Numbered from the stretch's first letter, positions 42,847 to 52,336 are shown. The stretch is DNA of 64,000 bases from Oceanispirochaeta sp. (GCA_963666275.2 CAXXOA010000002.1:1888001-1952000); one strand, 5' to 3'. Numbers and translations: made by a program. Notes: generated by a model from the sequence alone, not told the origin.

Positions 42847-42910
42847 AAGCCGGTTCGTTATTGCGGTTAACTCATCCACCAGACTGCATAACGGGCCGGC
42901 TTTGTTTTTT
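42847..42910 (+). ncRNA. Long hairpin with U tail: candidate small RNA, or simply a terminator
   Basis: AGCCGGTTCGTTAT pairs with ATAACGGGCCGGCT using G-U on the + strand; upstream TTGATA-17-TAGATT. Confidence 0.35.
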
Positions 42911-45153
42911 TAGGGAGAATTCCTCTCAAAGGCGATACTCCGCATCAGTATCTGATACTCTCCGTCTTTATCCCGATCATCCTGCCATACCACTCTGAAA
43001 GTCCCGTCTGAAACAATAAGATCCGGATGGATCTGATCTCCCGTGGAGTCAGTGTTGACTGCTCCCTCCTGAACTCTCCGGCCCTGGGGATCGAATACAT
43101 TGTAGAGGATTTCCGACTCTTCCCAGTGGGTTTTATCCATCTGCCAGGAGAGGATGACCATTCCTTCAGGACTGAATGCTATCCGGGGCGCCACCGAGGG
43201 GTAGAGCTGCTTCCCGGGGACCAGGTTCTGAATCCTGTTCCCTCTGGGATCATAGAGCCGGGCTTCCACGCGGCTTTTCCCGGTATCCAGGTTCTGCCAT
43301 GCCAGGGCGAGAAGCCCTTCCCGGGAGAGAGCCACCGAGGGATTCCGCAGTCTGGAGAGCCGTTCAGGGGAGAGTTCCTTCTCGCTGAAGGGATTTTCTC
43401 CGTAGGCTCTGGCATGGACAGTGAATCTCCTGTCTCTATTGACATCGTACTCCCAAACTATGACAGAAGTGTTCCCGTTGGATGCGATCTCCGGCCGGAT
43501 CTGCTGCCCTAATGAGGTCTGATTGACCTTCTCTTCCGGAACAATCGTCCGGCCCTGAGTAGAGAAAACCTTCCTGTAGATATTGTACATCCCATTGCTG
43601 TCCCGATCGTCCTGCCAGGCGACAGTTATCTGATCCGGCCCTGTGAAGGCCACCACTGGAGAGGACTGGTCTCCCCGGGAGGTTTCGTTGACCTGCAGAG
43701 GATCAGTGGCAGGGCTGCCGGAGTCGCTGAACAAGCGAAGGTATACATCTCCCGAACCGGAATCATCCTGTTCTTGCCAGGTGACCGCAAAGAATCCTTT
43801 CTCATCCATAGCCGCTTTGGGATTTATTGCCCCGAGCGACCCTTCAGGATTGACCGCAAAAGGAGGCTCCCAGAGCCCCCCCGGGGCAACTCTACTACTG
43901 AGGATCCGGCTCTCTCCATCCTTTTCAGACTGCCAGACAGCCACGGTATATCCTGCCCTGTTTCCGGCGGCAGAAGGGGTTCTGTTCTGGCCCTGCCATC
44001 CGGGGCTGAGGGTGAAATCCTTGTAGTCCTCCTGTAAAGGCAGAGATCCTTTTCCTTCGTAGAGGGATAGATTCAGAGTCAGCGGCTCCTGGCGATAGCT
44101 CTCCTGAAAGTTGAAACGGACTTTTCCCTTGCGGAAAATCTTTTTGAAATAGGGATCCTCCGGAGGAAGTATGGACACATCTTCGATAGAGATTTCAGTA
44201 TTGCCTTCCGGGGAGTTTCGGAAATGGAGCACCCGGAGCCACCCGTTGCCCAGCTCTTTCCCTTTGGCTGTTTCTTCCGACTGAAAGTCTGTGAGCAGCG
44301 CATGGACCGGAGCAAAGCCATCAGAACGGGATATCTCCCGGTGTCCCGAGCCGGCCACATGGCCGCTGAGAACCAGGAATATACTGCTGTGAAGATCCAG
44401 AAACTCTCTTACCAGATCTTCCCCCTCCAGTCCGGGCATATTGTAATGGTCTCCCCAGGAACGGATGCCGTTTCTGAGGGAATAGGGGGCCTCTTCGGGG
44501 ACATTGTCGATAAAGTTATGGGTCACCACGATGACCTTTCTGTCCGGATTCTCCCGGATAACCCGATCGGCCCAGTTCAGAACCTGTTTGCGGGGATTGA
44601 ACTCCAGACTGAGAATGAGAAAATCCTCTCCCCCGGCGGAAAAGGTCATATAGTTGCTAATGTTGTCTTCTGAATAGGAGCCGCCGTACCAGGGATGATC
44701 CGCATTATCAAAGCGCTCCCTGCCGAAGTACAGGGCATAATCGCTCTGTCTGTAAAAAACATTCTTCCGGATTTCTCTGAAAAACCCTTCGTCCCAGTAA
44801 TAGTCATGATTCCCCGTGGTCATGCTGTAGGGGATCTCAGCCTCATCCAGGATCCTGTGAGCCCTGTCGGCCACTTCCCACTCTCCCGGACTCTCCGGAT
44901 CCCGGCTGTTATGATCGGTCACATCTCCCAGGTGGATCACAAAGCGGATATCATAGGCCTCCCGGTTCTCCAGTATCCACCGGGCCTGTTTTTCATAGAG
45001 GTTGTACTTGCGGAATTCCTCTACCGTATAATTCTGGGTATCCGGCAGGAGCACCAGGGAGAACTCTCTGTCTTCTGGACTATCCTGAGCGGACAGGATG
45101 GGTGACAGGAATATCAAACATAGTATCAAAAACGGTATCTGTAAGGTTTTCAT
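42910..45153 (-). CDS. Exported calcineurin-like metallophosphoesterase with C-terminal beta repeats
   Basis: PDTQ, HLGDVTD, GNHD, VVTH, LSGH; repeated VN....GDQ..P....V.WQD units. Confidence 0.85.
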   Translation of the reverse strand: MKTLQIPFLILCLIFLSPILSAQDSPEDREFSLVLLPDTQNYTVEEFRKYNLYEKQARWILENREAYDIRFVIHLGDVTDHNSRDPESPGEWEVADRAHRILDEAEIPYSMTTGNHDYYWDEGFFREIRKNVFYRQSDYALYFGRERFDNADHPWYGGSYSEDNISNYMTFSAGGEDFLILSLEFNPRKQVLNWADRVIRENPDRKVIVVTHNFIDNVPEEAPYSLRNGIRSWGDHYNMPGLEGEDLVREFLDLHSSIFLVLSGHVAGSGHREISRSDGFAPVHALLTDFQSEETAKGKELGNGWLRVLHFRNSPEGNTEISIEDVSILPPEDPYFKKIFRKGKVRFNFQESYRQEPLTLNLSLYEGKGSLPLQEDYKDFTLSPGWQGQNRTPSAAGNRAGYTVAVWQSEKDGESRILSSRVAPGGLWEPPFAVNPEGSLGAINPKAAMDEKGFFAVTWQEQDDSGSGDVYLRLFSDSGSPATDPLQVNETSRGDQSSPVVAFTGPDQITVAWQDDRDSNGMYNIYRKVFSTQGRTIVPEEKVNQTSLGQQIRPEIASNGNTSVIVWEYDVNRDRRFTVHARAYGENPFSEKELSPERLSRLRNPSVALSREGLLALAWQNLDTGKSRVEARLYDPRGNRIQNLVPGKQLYPSVAPRIAFSPEGMVILSWQMDKTHWEESEILYNVFDPQGRRVQEGAVNTDSTGDQIHPDLIVSDGTFRVVWQDDRDKDGEYQILMRSIAFERNSP

Positions 45154-45245
45154 TATTTTTTTGGTGCTCCCCCTGGATGGATATAAGTATAACAGCCGGA
45201 TAGCCCGGGAGATACTGTCTTTTTGATTGGAAGGTTTTTGTTATC

Positions 45246-45370
45246 CCCTTCGGCACTACGTCTACGCTCAATACAGGCTTTGCTCAGGGACCGAGAGGGC
45301 TGGTCGGAAGCAAGCTTCCTGCTCGCCTATACAACCCTCACCCCCGGCCCCTCTCCCATGAGGCGAGGGG
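45246..45370. repeat. Composite cluster of short palindromic repeats
   Basis: CCCTTCGG...GCTCAGGGACC unit (45246-45292), 37-bp GGAAGCAAGCTTCC module (45300-45336), CAACCCTCACCCCCGGCCCCTCTCCC..GAGGGG unit (45332-45370). Confidence 0.85.
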
Positions 45371-45431
45371 GGAAAGTTATTATTGATTTGATTACGAGAT
45401 GGCTTTAGTGGTTTAAAGTATATTTTTATAA

Positions 45432-45782
45432 TTATAAAAAGTTGAATAGGCTGATAAGTGCTGTTAACAGGGTAAAAAGGATTCCCATGGTCCACTGCTG
45501 ATGGGAAAAGCGTTTGTCCATATAGGACTGCAAATCTTCAAATCGCTTATCCATGGTTTCAAACCGTTTTTCCATAGAAACAAAACCCTGTCTGGTCAGT
45601 TCTATCTGGTTTTTCAAGCCTTCTTCTACACGGACCATTCGTTCTATCAGTTCTGTGTCTTTTGTCACATTTTGAGGCGGAAATGGAAAAATATTTTGTT
45701 CTCTTATCCATTCGCCAATGTGTGTTTTGACATAATCGCCAATCTGTTCCAGTTGATTCTCATCCACCTGTGGCACTCCCAT
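45432..45782 (-). CDS. Coiled-coil protein with C-terminal TM helix, paralog of 39350-39727
   Basis: Near-identical N-terminus MGxPQVDxNQLEQIGxYVK; MEKRF / MDKRF heptads. Confidence 0.75.
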   Translation of the reverse strand: MGVPQVDENQLEQIGDYVKTHIGEWIREQNIFPFPPQNVTKDTELIERMVRVEEGLKNQIELTRQGFVSMEKRFETMDKRFEDLQSYMDKRFSHQQWTMGILFTLLTALISLFNFL

Positions 45783-45897
45783 CTCTTTACTCCTAGTATA
45801 CTGTGTTTTAATGCTCTTTACAGGGGGAAATGCTGAGTTGCTTCAATTATCCGGAAGAAACCGTCTTTTGAATGTATGATTATAAAGAAGGTAGAGT

Positions 45898-46989
45898 ATG
45901 ATCCGTATTTTTCCTAAAATGGTCCTGTTTTCTGTAATTTCTTTTATCTTTCTTTCCTGTTCCTTTTCTTCAGATGACCATCATTCCTATTCGACTAAGT
46001 ACAGAAATACAATCCTGATCATTGCTGACGGTATGGGCCCGGAACAGGTAAAGGCGGCGGGGTATTTTCAGTATGGACAGACCGGGCAGCTCAGTTTTGA
46101 AACCTTTCCCTATCAGACCGTTATGACAACCTACTCCCTGGATTCTTCTGTTACAGATTCGGCGGCAGCCGCCACGGCCATGGCTACGGGGCGTAAGGTT
46201 CAGAACGGTGTGCTCAGCCAGGAACCGGGAACACTGGAAGATCTGCCCACCATTCTGGAGATCGCTTCGGAGGAGGGCAAATTGACCGGTCTGGTAACCA
46301 CAACCCTTTCGGTCCATGCCACTCCCGCAGCCTTCGCCTCCCATGTGATGTACCGCTACGACTACGATGAGATCGCCCGGCAGCTTATGGAGGAGAGCCG
46401 ACCCGATGTGATTTTAGGAGGAGGCTACGAGGGGCTTTCATCCGCCGTCGCCCGCTACCATGGGTATAGGGCTGTGGAGGATCTTGCGGAACTTCAGAAT
46501 CTGAAATACACCGAAGGGGTCAGGTACTTCGGTTACTTCGGAACGGGTTATATGCCCTATATGTACGACGGGGTGGGGAACCTTCCGGAACTCTCGGATA
46601 TGGCATTAAAGGCTCTGGAACTCCTGGTTCAGGGGTCAAAGGGCTTCTTTCTGATGATCGAGGCCGGGCGGATAGATCATGCGGGCCATGAGAATGACCT
46701 GAAACGGAACATTTATGAAGTTCTGGAGCTTTCCGATACGGTGGAAAAGGTGGCCGCCTGGGCTGCAGGGCGGGAGGATACAATAATTATTGTTACGGCC
46801 GATCATGAAACCGGCGGGTTGAAGGTGCTGCAGAATAAGGGCGCCGGAACACTGCCTGACGTGTCCTGGAGCACAGTAGGCCATACCGGGGTGGATGTGC
46901 CTGTGTATATTATGGGGACGGATGCGGAGAAACTGGTGGATCAGATTGAGGATAATCGGGATATTTTTTATAGCCTGGTGGGGGAGTAG
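45898..46989 (+). CDS. phoA: Alkaline phosphatase (probable lipoprotein)
   Basis: IADGMG, TDSAAAATAMATG, HATPA, MIEAGRIDHAGH, TADHETGG, HTGVDVP; lipobox-like FLSC. Confidence 0.93.
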   Translation: MIRIFPKMVLFSVISFIFLSCSFSSDDHHSYSTKYRNTILIIADGMGPEQVKAAGYFQYGQTGQLSFETFPYQTVMTTYSLDSSVTDSAAAATAMATGRKVQNGVLSQEPGTLEDLPTILEIASEEGKLTGLVTTTLSVHATPAAFASHVMYRYDYDEIARQLMEESRPDVILGGGYEGLSSAVARYHGYRAVEDLAELQNLKYTEGVRYFGYFGTGYMPYMYDGVGNLPELSDMALKALELLVQGSKGFFLMIEAGRIDHAGHENDLKRNIYEVLELSDTVEKVAAWAAGREDTIIIVTADHETGGLKVLQNKGAGTLPDVSWSTVGHTGVDVPVYIMGTDAEKLVDQIEDNRDIFYSLVGE

Positions 46990-47021
46990 CCCTCATATCT
47001 GTATTTCCTCTCCTCTGGTTT

Positions 47022-47242
47022 TTCCGACCCTCACCCCCGCCCCCTCTCCTCTGGTTGCATAGGCGAGCAGGAAGCTTGCTTCCGACCAGCCCACAAGGAG
47101 AGGGGAGCATTTAAGACAGTAGGGTGAGGCCCCCCCTTCGACTCCGCTCAGGGACCATGAGAATATCGCATTTTTTGATAATCTGGATGTTTTATGGGTG
47201 AGGTTTAAATACCTCCCCCTGACCCCCTCCAGAGGAGGGGGT
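47022..47242. repeat. Composite cluster of short palindromic repeats
   Basis: TTCCGACCCTCACCCCC..CCCCTCTC unit interrupted by a 39-bp module (47051-47089); CCCTTCGACTCCGCTCAGGGACC (47134-47156); ACCTCCCCCTGACCCCCTCCAGAGGAGGGGGT (47211-47242). Confidence 0.85.
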
Positions 47243-47390
47243 ATTTTGGCTTTCCTGAACGGATGATTGTTAGCGGCGTCGATGGGTGTTGACAGGAGGA
47301 TTCCGGGTATTATATGAAGGGGAGGAGTCAATCTCTCTGTTACATTTTGGCGGTATTCCGTCTGGTCTGCGGAGGAAAGAAGGTAATTGT

Positions 47391-47891
47391 ATGAGTGATA
47401 ATGCCCCCATTCTGGCGGATATTGACAAAGGTGAGCCCTTTGCGTTTCGTCTGGTTCGTTCTGTATATAAAGATACCCAGTTTGTCTGTGTTCCCGGTAA
47501 TGTGTGTGATAACCCGGCCTGTTCCTGCAGGGATCTGGGGATGGCTGTGTACTTCTACCCCGAAAAAGGGGAAGAGCTGGCGGGGCCGCCGATTTATACC
47601 TTTCTGCTGGATTTGACTAACCGGAGTCTGCAGGAACGTTACGAGATGACTGCAGAATCCCGGGAGTTTGGACTCTCCTTTTTGAATCATTCTGGCGAGG
47701 ACCACTGGGTTCTTTATGATAAGGCTCATGATTTTCTGAAAGCCGAGGCCATACGGTTCAAGAAGCAGTGTACCGGGACGGAAGCGACTATTGCCGGCCA
47801 GATGGTTCCTCTGCATGATGGAAAGGCCGGTCGGAACGAGCCCTGTCCCTGCGGGAGCGGGAAGAAGTTTAAGAACTGCTGCGGGAAGTGA
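47391..47891 (+). CDS. SEC-C metal-binding domain protein
   Basis: C-terminal GRNEPCPCGSGKKFKNCCG; internal CDNPACSC. Confidence 0.85.
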   Translation: MSDNAPILADIDKGEPFAFRLVRSVYKDTQFVCVPGNVCDNPACSCRDLGMAVYFYPEKGEELAGPPIYTFLLDLTNRSLQERYEMTAESREFGLSFLNHSGEDHWVLYDKAHDFLKAEAIRFKKQCTGTEATIAGQMVPLHDGKAGRNEPCPCGSGKKFKNCCGK

Positions 47892-48100
47892 TTTTGTTCA
47901 TCCTTCCCTTATAGACGCTGAGTTGTATTTAAACTCATATTTTTAATGATTTCCTCTTGTTCATTCTACTACGCTCTGGCAAATGGGCTTTTAAAAAACT
48001 ATTTTACAGAAAATTGAGTTTCCCCGGATATTTCCTGTGTGATAGGTTTGTAGGAACTACTATCCCATGAGATATTTAAAAGGAATTATTGTTAAAAAGG

Positions 48101-49318
48101 ATGGCCCCAATGAAGCAATTTGAAGAGTATAGAGAGTTGAGCCTGGATTTTACAGATCATCTGGAGCACCTGGAACAGACTGTGATCAACTGGGGAGTGC
48201 GGAAATATAAAGCTGATAAGGTTTTTGCCCGGGAACAGGGGGCATTTATGGACCTCTTCGAGCCCTTCCCCCGAGGGTATCAGGCTTCCATGGTTATTAC
48301 CTGGATGTTCTGCCGGGTTCTTATGGATCCCGATAAGCTTGCCAAGTTCGCCAGGGCCTCCAAAGAAACCCTCTTTCCCCGGCAGAATCATTTCCTGAAA
48401 ATCTGGAAAAAAGAGATCCCCTTCTGGAGTCTGTTTACACTGGAAGAAAGGCTTGATAAGGATCTTTTCCGTATCCGGGACTATTTCGGTAACCGGGATC
48501 TGACAATCTGCTCTTCTTCTCTGGAGAATCTACTGAAAGAGGATGATATCCAATTGAAAGTTACCCCTGTGATCTGCGCTCTTTTTCCTCTATCCGAGGA
48601 TCTGGTTGTTTCTTACGGTATTATCAGGCGGTACAAATGCTGCCGGGCAGTGGATATCATTCATCTCTATTATTTTATGTCCGAAGAGCTGGGCTGGTGC
48701 GACAGTTTTACTTTATTTGTTCTCAAATATTATTCCCGGTTTTTTCAGATGGATCAGAGGATGGAAGCTCCCATGGTGTTTCACAAAAACACTCTTATGG
48801 AAAAGGTCTTCCGGGAAGTGTCCCTTTCAGATTTTGAACCGGAAATGCTGAATGATGCAATGGATACTCTGGTTCGGGAGCCGTTTGTAAAGTTTACCCC
48901 CAAAGGGCAGGAGGATTTTCCCTTCAGTGAAATTCTCTGGAACCGGGAGAGCCAGACGCTTCTGATCCAGTCTATGTCCCGGGAAGGGTATGATGAACTG
49001 GTTTCGCATCTGGTCAGTTTCCCCAGGGTAAAGGAGCCGTTGCTGCAGCTCTCATATACCCTTTATTCGGCGGTCAACGAATATATGGATCTGGATCTGC
49101 CGGATCAGTACTGGACGGGATTATTCAGTCAGGAAGAGGCCGATGAGTCTCCTGAACTGGCCGATATGAACACTCTGCTGGGAGAAGCCATGGAGGCTTT
49201 GAACAACAATGAGGATTTTGATTTCCAGGCCAGAGGCCGGGAGCTGGGTATGCCCGATGAGAATATCAAAAGCGCTCGGGATGTGGTGGCCCGGCTGGAG
49301 AAGAAACTGAATAATTAA
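48101..49318 (+). CDS. Hypothetical protein (start uncertain)
   Basis: Long ORF (~405 aa), no recognised motif. Confidence 0.65.
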   Translation: MAPMKQFEEYRELSLDFTDHLEHLEQTVINWGVRKYKADKVFAREQGAFMDLFEPFPRGYQASMVITWMFCRVLMDPDKLAKFARASKETLFPRQNHFLKIWKKEIPFWSLFTLEERLDKDLFRIRDYFGNRDLTICSSSLENLLKEDDIQLKVTPVICALFPLSEDLVVSYGIIRRYKCCRAVDIIHLYYFMSEELGWCDSFTLFVLKYYSRFFQMDQRMEAPMVFHKNTLMEKVFREVSLSDFEPEMLNDAMDTLVREPFVKFTPKGQEDFPFSEILWNRESQTLLIQSMSREGYDELVSHLVSFPRVKEPLLQLSYTLYSAVNEYMDLDLPDQYWTGLFSQEEADESPELADMNTLLGEAMEALNNNEDFDFQARGRELGMPDENIKSARDVVARLEKKLNN

Positions 49319-49343
49319 TAGTGAATCTCTATGGAAAAGGGAA

Positions 49344-49757
49344 TTAGGGAATCAATGTCAGTAGAGCTTTTTGATAGTCTCTGAAATTTTTCAGTTTCTC
49401 TGTAAGAATTGTCCAGACAATTTTCCAGTCTATGCTGCGGTATTCATGAACCGCAATGTTACGGAACCCCACGGCACCAATCAGATCTTTTGCCAGAGAT
49501 GAAGAAATTATGCCATTTTGTTCCAGAGCCGTAAAAACTTCAGCCATGGTATTGATTCTGCTTTGTCCGTAATCCACCAGCACATGGAGCCCTGCGTCTA
49601 CAGACTGCTGAACAGCCCGTTCCAGGTTGAGAATGATAATATCCTGAATGTCGATGTCTTCTTCCAGCCGGGAGTAATCAAGAGGCTTTTTTTCTTCCAG
49701 GCGCTTAAGGCAACGGCCCAGGGATTCCAGTTTTGCCAGGAGTATTTCAGGTTCCAT
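49344..49757 (-). CDS. hepT: HEPN RNase toxin (DUF86, type VII TA)
   Basis: RX4HXY motif GFRNIAVHEY, followed by IDWKIVW. Confidence 0.9.
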   Translation of the reverse strand: MEPEILLAKLESLGRCLKRLEEKKPLDYSRLEEDIDIQDIIILNLERAVQQSVDAGLHVLVDYGQSRINTMAEVFTALEQNGIISSSLAKDLIGAVGFRNIAVHEYRSIDWKIVWTILTEKLKNFRDYQKALLTLIP

Positions 49758-50148
49758 GGAGGCTTTTCTCAATCCTTTTTTTCTGCATTTCCATCAATTG
49801 GGGCATAAAATCCGTGCGGAAGTCTATAGCTTTAATCAAGTGTTCCGCCAGTTCCCGGGAATTCCCTTTTATCCTGATACCCTTTGTCAAAATCTTATAG
49901 TGGATGACTCCTTCCGCTTTGTTCAGATCTATCAGGTCTATATCCCTTGTCAGCAGGATCTGGAGTTCTGCTGACATATTCAGAATAGTCCTGGAATCCA
50001 GTTCTTTAAAGGAGATAATCGCAATGTCAATATCACTGGCCGGGCCGAGAGCATCTTCTGCTGCGGATCCGAAGAGTAAGACTGAGGTTATGTCTTCTTT
50101 TGGGCTGAAGTAGCTTGTCAGGTGTTTGATAATCCGCTGCCGGTTCAT
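49747..50148 (-). CDS. mntA: Minimal nucleotidyltransferase antitoxin
   Basis: GSX10DXD motif FGSAAEDALGPASDID; DIDLIDL. Confidence 0.9.
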   Translation of the reverse strand: MNRQRIIKHLTSYFSPKEDITSVLLFGSAAEDALGPASDIDIAIISFKELDSRTILNMSAELQILLTRDIDLIDLNKAEGVIHYKILTKGIRIKGNSRELAEHLIKAIDFRTDFMPQLMEMQKKRIEKSLHGT

Positions 50149-50569
50149 AGTGGTATTTTACAGGGGTTTTTCTGTTTCGTGAAGTGTAGTTTTCTCTTCC
50201 TGAATATCTGATGGAATAGGTTGAATGCAATTTGTTCAATCTATGAACATTTATTTGAAAAAAACCCTTCTTTTAAGTTGTGAAAGCCCTTTTTTTGTGA
50301 TATGTTCATTAACTGAACAAAGAGAGCAGAGGTTGTTTTTCTTTTCTGTCTGTGTTTCGGCCGGCAGATCAGGATGTTCTCTATAGAGGTGTGAATTGTC
50401 CCATATCCGGTGGAATGGGTAAGGGAGATTTTGCGCTGCTCTGTGGAATTTAATGAACCTTGAAATAGTTTCCACTCGTTTGGTTCAAGGATTTTATAGT
50501 ATTCTAACCTTCGCTTTTTTAATTAAACTTATATTTTTCTTTTCTTCGCTAGTATCAAAACATAATAAA

Positions 50570-50623
50570 ATGAACAAAGAATTAATCATACTTGAGCAGA
50601 TACAAAATAATCCTCATTTTAAC
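50570..50623 (+). pseudogene. 5' fragment (18 codons) of the MarR-type regulator, truncated at a repeat
   Basis: MNKELIILEQIQNNPHFN matches the start of 50668-51207. Confidence 0.8.
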
Positions 50624-50658
50624 CCTCTCCCCCGGCCCCTCTCCCAGAGGGCGAGGGG
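50621..50658. repeat. CCCTCACCCC-family palindromic repeat
   Basis: AACCCTCTCCCCCGGCCCCTCTCCCAGAGGGCGAGGGG. Confidence 0.85.
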
Positions 50659-50667
50659 TGTGTAGTT

Positions 50668-51207
50668 ATGGATAAAGAACTGATTATTCTTGAACAAATT
50701 CAAAACAATCCTCATGTTAACCAGAGGGACCTGGCTACGGTTACTAAGGCGTCCCTTGGGATGACTAATGCTATTCTGAAGCGGTTTGCTGAGAAAGGGC
50801 TGATTACGATTAAGAAGATAAATAATCGGAATATCCGTTATGCTTTGACGGCGGAAGGGATGGAAGAGATTAATCGGCGGTCCTGGGGGTATTTTAAACG
50901 GACTATTAAGAATGTGGTGGATTATAAAGATGCTATCAGTGAAGTGATACGTCAGGCTAAAGAAAACGGATATAAAGGTATCCAGTTGGTTGGCTCCAGT
51001 GATTTTGATTTTATTGTGGAACATCAGTGTTACAAAATCGGTATTGATTTTAAATGTATAGAAGGTTTTGAAGACTCTGCTTCGGACGGTGGTATTCTGC
51101 ATGGAACTGAAGGCTGGTATAGCTTTGTTGCGGAAACCTTGGATACCAGGTCGTTTCAAGAAGAACAATCCGATGAGTTTTATCTGAAACGACTCATTTT
51201 GGGATAG
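50668..51207 (+). CDS. Winged-helix regulator (MarR, EPS-associated type)
   Basis: NQRDLA....SLGMTN.ILKRFAEKGLI, RYALTAEG; upstream of a glycan locus. Confidence 0.88.
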   Translation: MDKELIILEQIQNNPHVNQRDLATVTKASLGMTNAILKRFAEKGLITIKKINNRNIRYALTAEGMEEINRRSWGYFKRTIKNVVDYKDAISEVIRQAKENGYKGIQLVGSSDFDFIVEHQCYKIGIDFKCIEGFEDSASDGGILHGTEGWYSFVAETLDTRSFQEEQSDEFYLKRLILG

Positions 51208-51249
51208 ATTCCTGATTCTTATGAATTAGAATTATATCAGAGGTAGTTT

Positions 51250-51486
51250 ATGCATACTTTGAAGATTAAAGTTAAAGACAGCGTTTATGATAAAGTTCAG
51301 TATTTTCTTGAGAATTTACCCAAGGATGATGTTGAGGTTGTCTCTGATGATATAGTTTCTGATTCCAGCGAGAGTATTGCAACGACTGGTTATGGAAAAG
51401 CATTTATTAAAAAGTGGTCTGGAATCATTTCTGAAGACAGCGTTGATTTTTCCAGAATTGATTATTTGTCAGAAAAATATAAGTGA
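51250..51486 (+). CDS. Putative antitoxin
   Basis: 78-aa acidic ORF ending YLSEKYK, overlapping the PIN gene. Confidence 0.7.
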   Translation: MHTLKIKVKDSVYDKVQYFLENLPKDDVEVVSDDIVSDSSESIATTGYGKAFIKKWSGIISEDSVDFSRIDYLSEKYK

Positions 51487-51893
51487 TGAGAGTCCTTTTT
51501 GATACGAATATAATCCTGGATGTTCTGTTAAAACGGAAAGCATTTTATGATGACTCATGCAGGTTGTTTGAACTAGTTGATTGTGGGAGTTTTGAGGCTT
51601 ATTGTACTGCCAGTTCAGTTACAGACTTGTTTTATATTGTAAGAAAAGAAGTCGGACGGGATAAGACTGTTTTAATGTTGAAAGATTTGGTTCAGGTGGT
51701 ACCGGTTGTCGCTGTTGATCAAAATGTTGTAAATGAGGCTCTAGAATCGGATTTGAAAGACCTTGAAGATGCGGTTCAAACATTTTCTGCAATAAGAAAT
51801 GGGCTGGACTTTATTATCACACGAAATAAAAAAGATTTTAAAGGTGTTGATTTAGCTGTTTTAACACCGGAAGAAGTTTTGAATAATAAATAA
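51483..51893 (+). CDS. PIN domain protein (VapC-like toxin)
   Basis: VLFDTNIILD, DLEDAVQ, IITRNKKDF. Confidence 0.9.
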   Translation: MMRVLFDTNIILDVLLKRKAFYDDSCRLFELVDCGSFEAYCTASSVTDLFYIVRKEVGRDKTVLMLKDLVQVVPVVAVDQNVVNEALESDLKDLEDAVQTFSAIRNGLDFIITRNKKDFKGVDLAVLTPEEVLNNK

Positions 51894-51903
51894 TCCTCAT
51901 GTT

Positions 51904-51946
51904 AACCCTCACCCCCTCAATCCCCCTCTCCCAGGAGGAGAAGGGG
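51904..51946. repeat. CCCTCACCCC-family palindromic repeat
   Basis: AACCCTCACCCCCTCAATCCCCCTCTCCCAGGAGGAGAAGGGG, preceded by a MarR gene fragment (51888-51906). Confidence 0.85.
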
Positions 51947-52108
51947 AGGAATGTAGAGGATTCTTTTGACATGGATAAAGAACTGATTATTCTTGAGCAG
52001 ATACAAAATAATCCTCATGTTAATCAAAGGGATCTGGCTACTGTTACTAGAGCATATTTGGGTATGGCCAATGCGATTTTGAAGCGGTTTGCTGAGAAAG
52101 GGCTGATT

Positions 52109-52336
52109 CGGCCTTTGCTCGCAATTTATTGCGGGCAAGTCAAACGTGCCGCATTGCGGCGACCTATACCGAACAAGGTTCTCTGAGCTTGCTCAGAGGT
52201 TCTTATACGGCCTTTGCTCGCTAGCGAGCATAGCATAAATGCCACGATAGTGGCGACCTCGAGATCGTTCCTCACTTCGTTCCGGTACGACTCGGACTCG
52301 AACAAGGTTCTTCGAGCTTGCTCGAAGGTTCTTATT
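52109..52336 (+). mobile_element. Two tandem structured mini-elements (52109-52207, 52208-52336)
   Basis: Absent from the intact paralog. Each starts CGGC and ends GGTTCTTAT(A/T), with three hairpins. Confidence 0.8.

Noticed and set aside
46910..47331. Short ORFs over repeat clusters (also 24556-24774, 45223-45408, 50453-50665)
   Set aside because: Translations of palindromic repeats (PSPP / GRG patterns) with no RBS or family motif.
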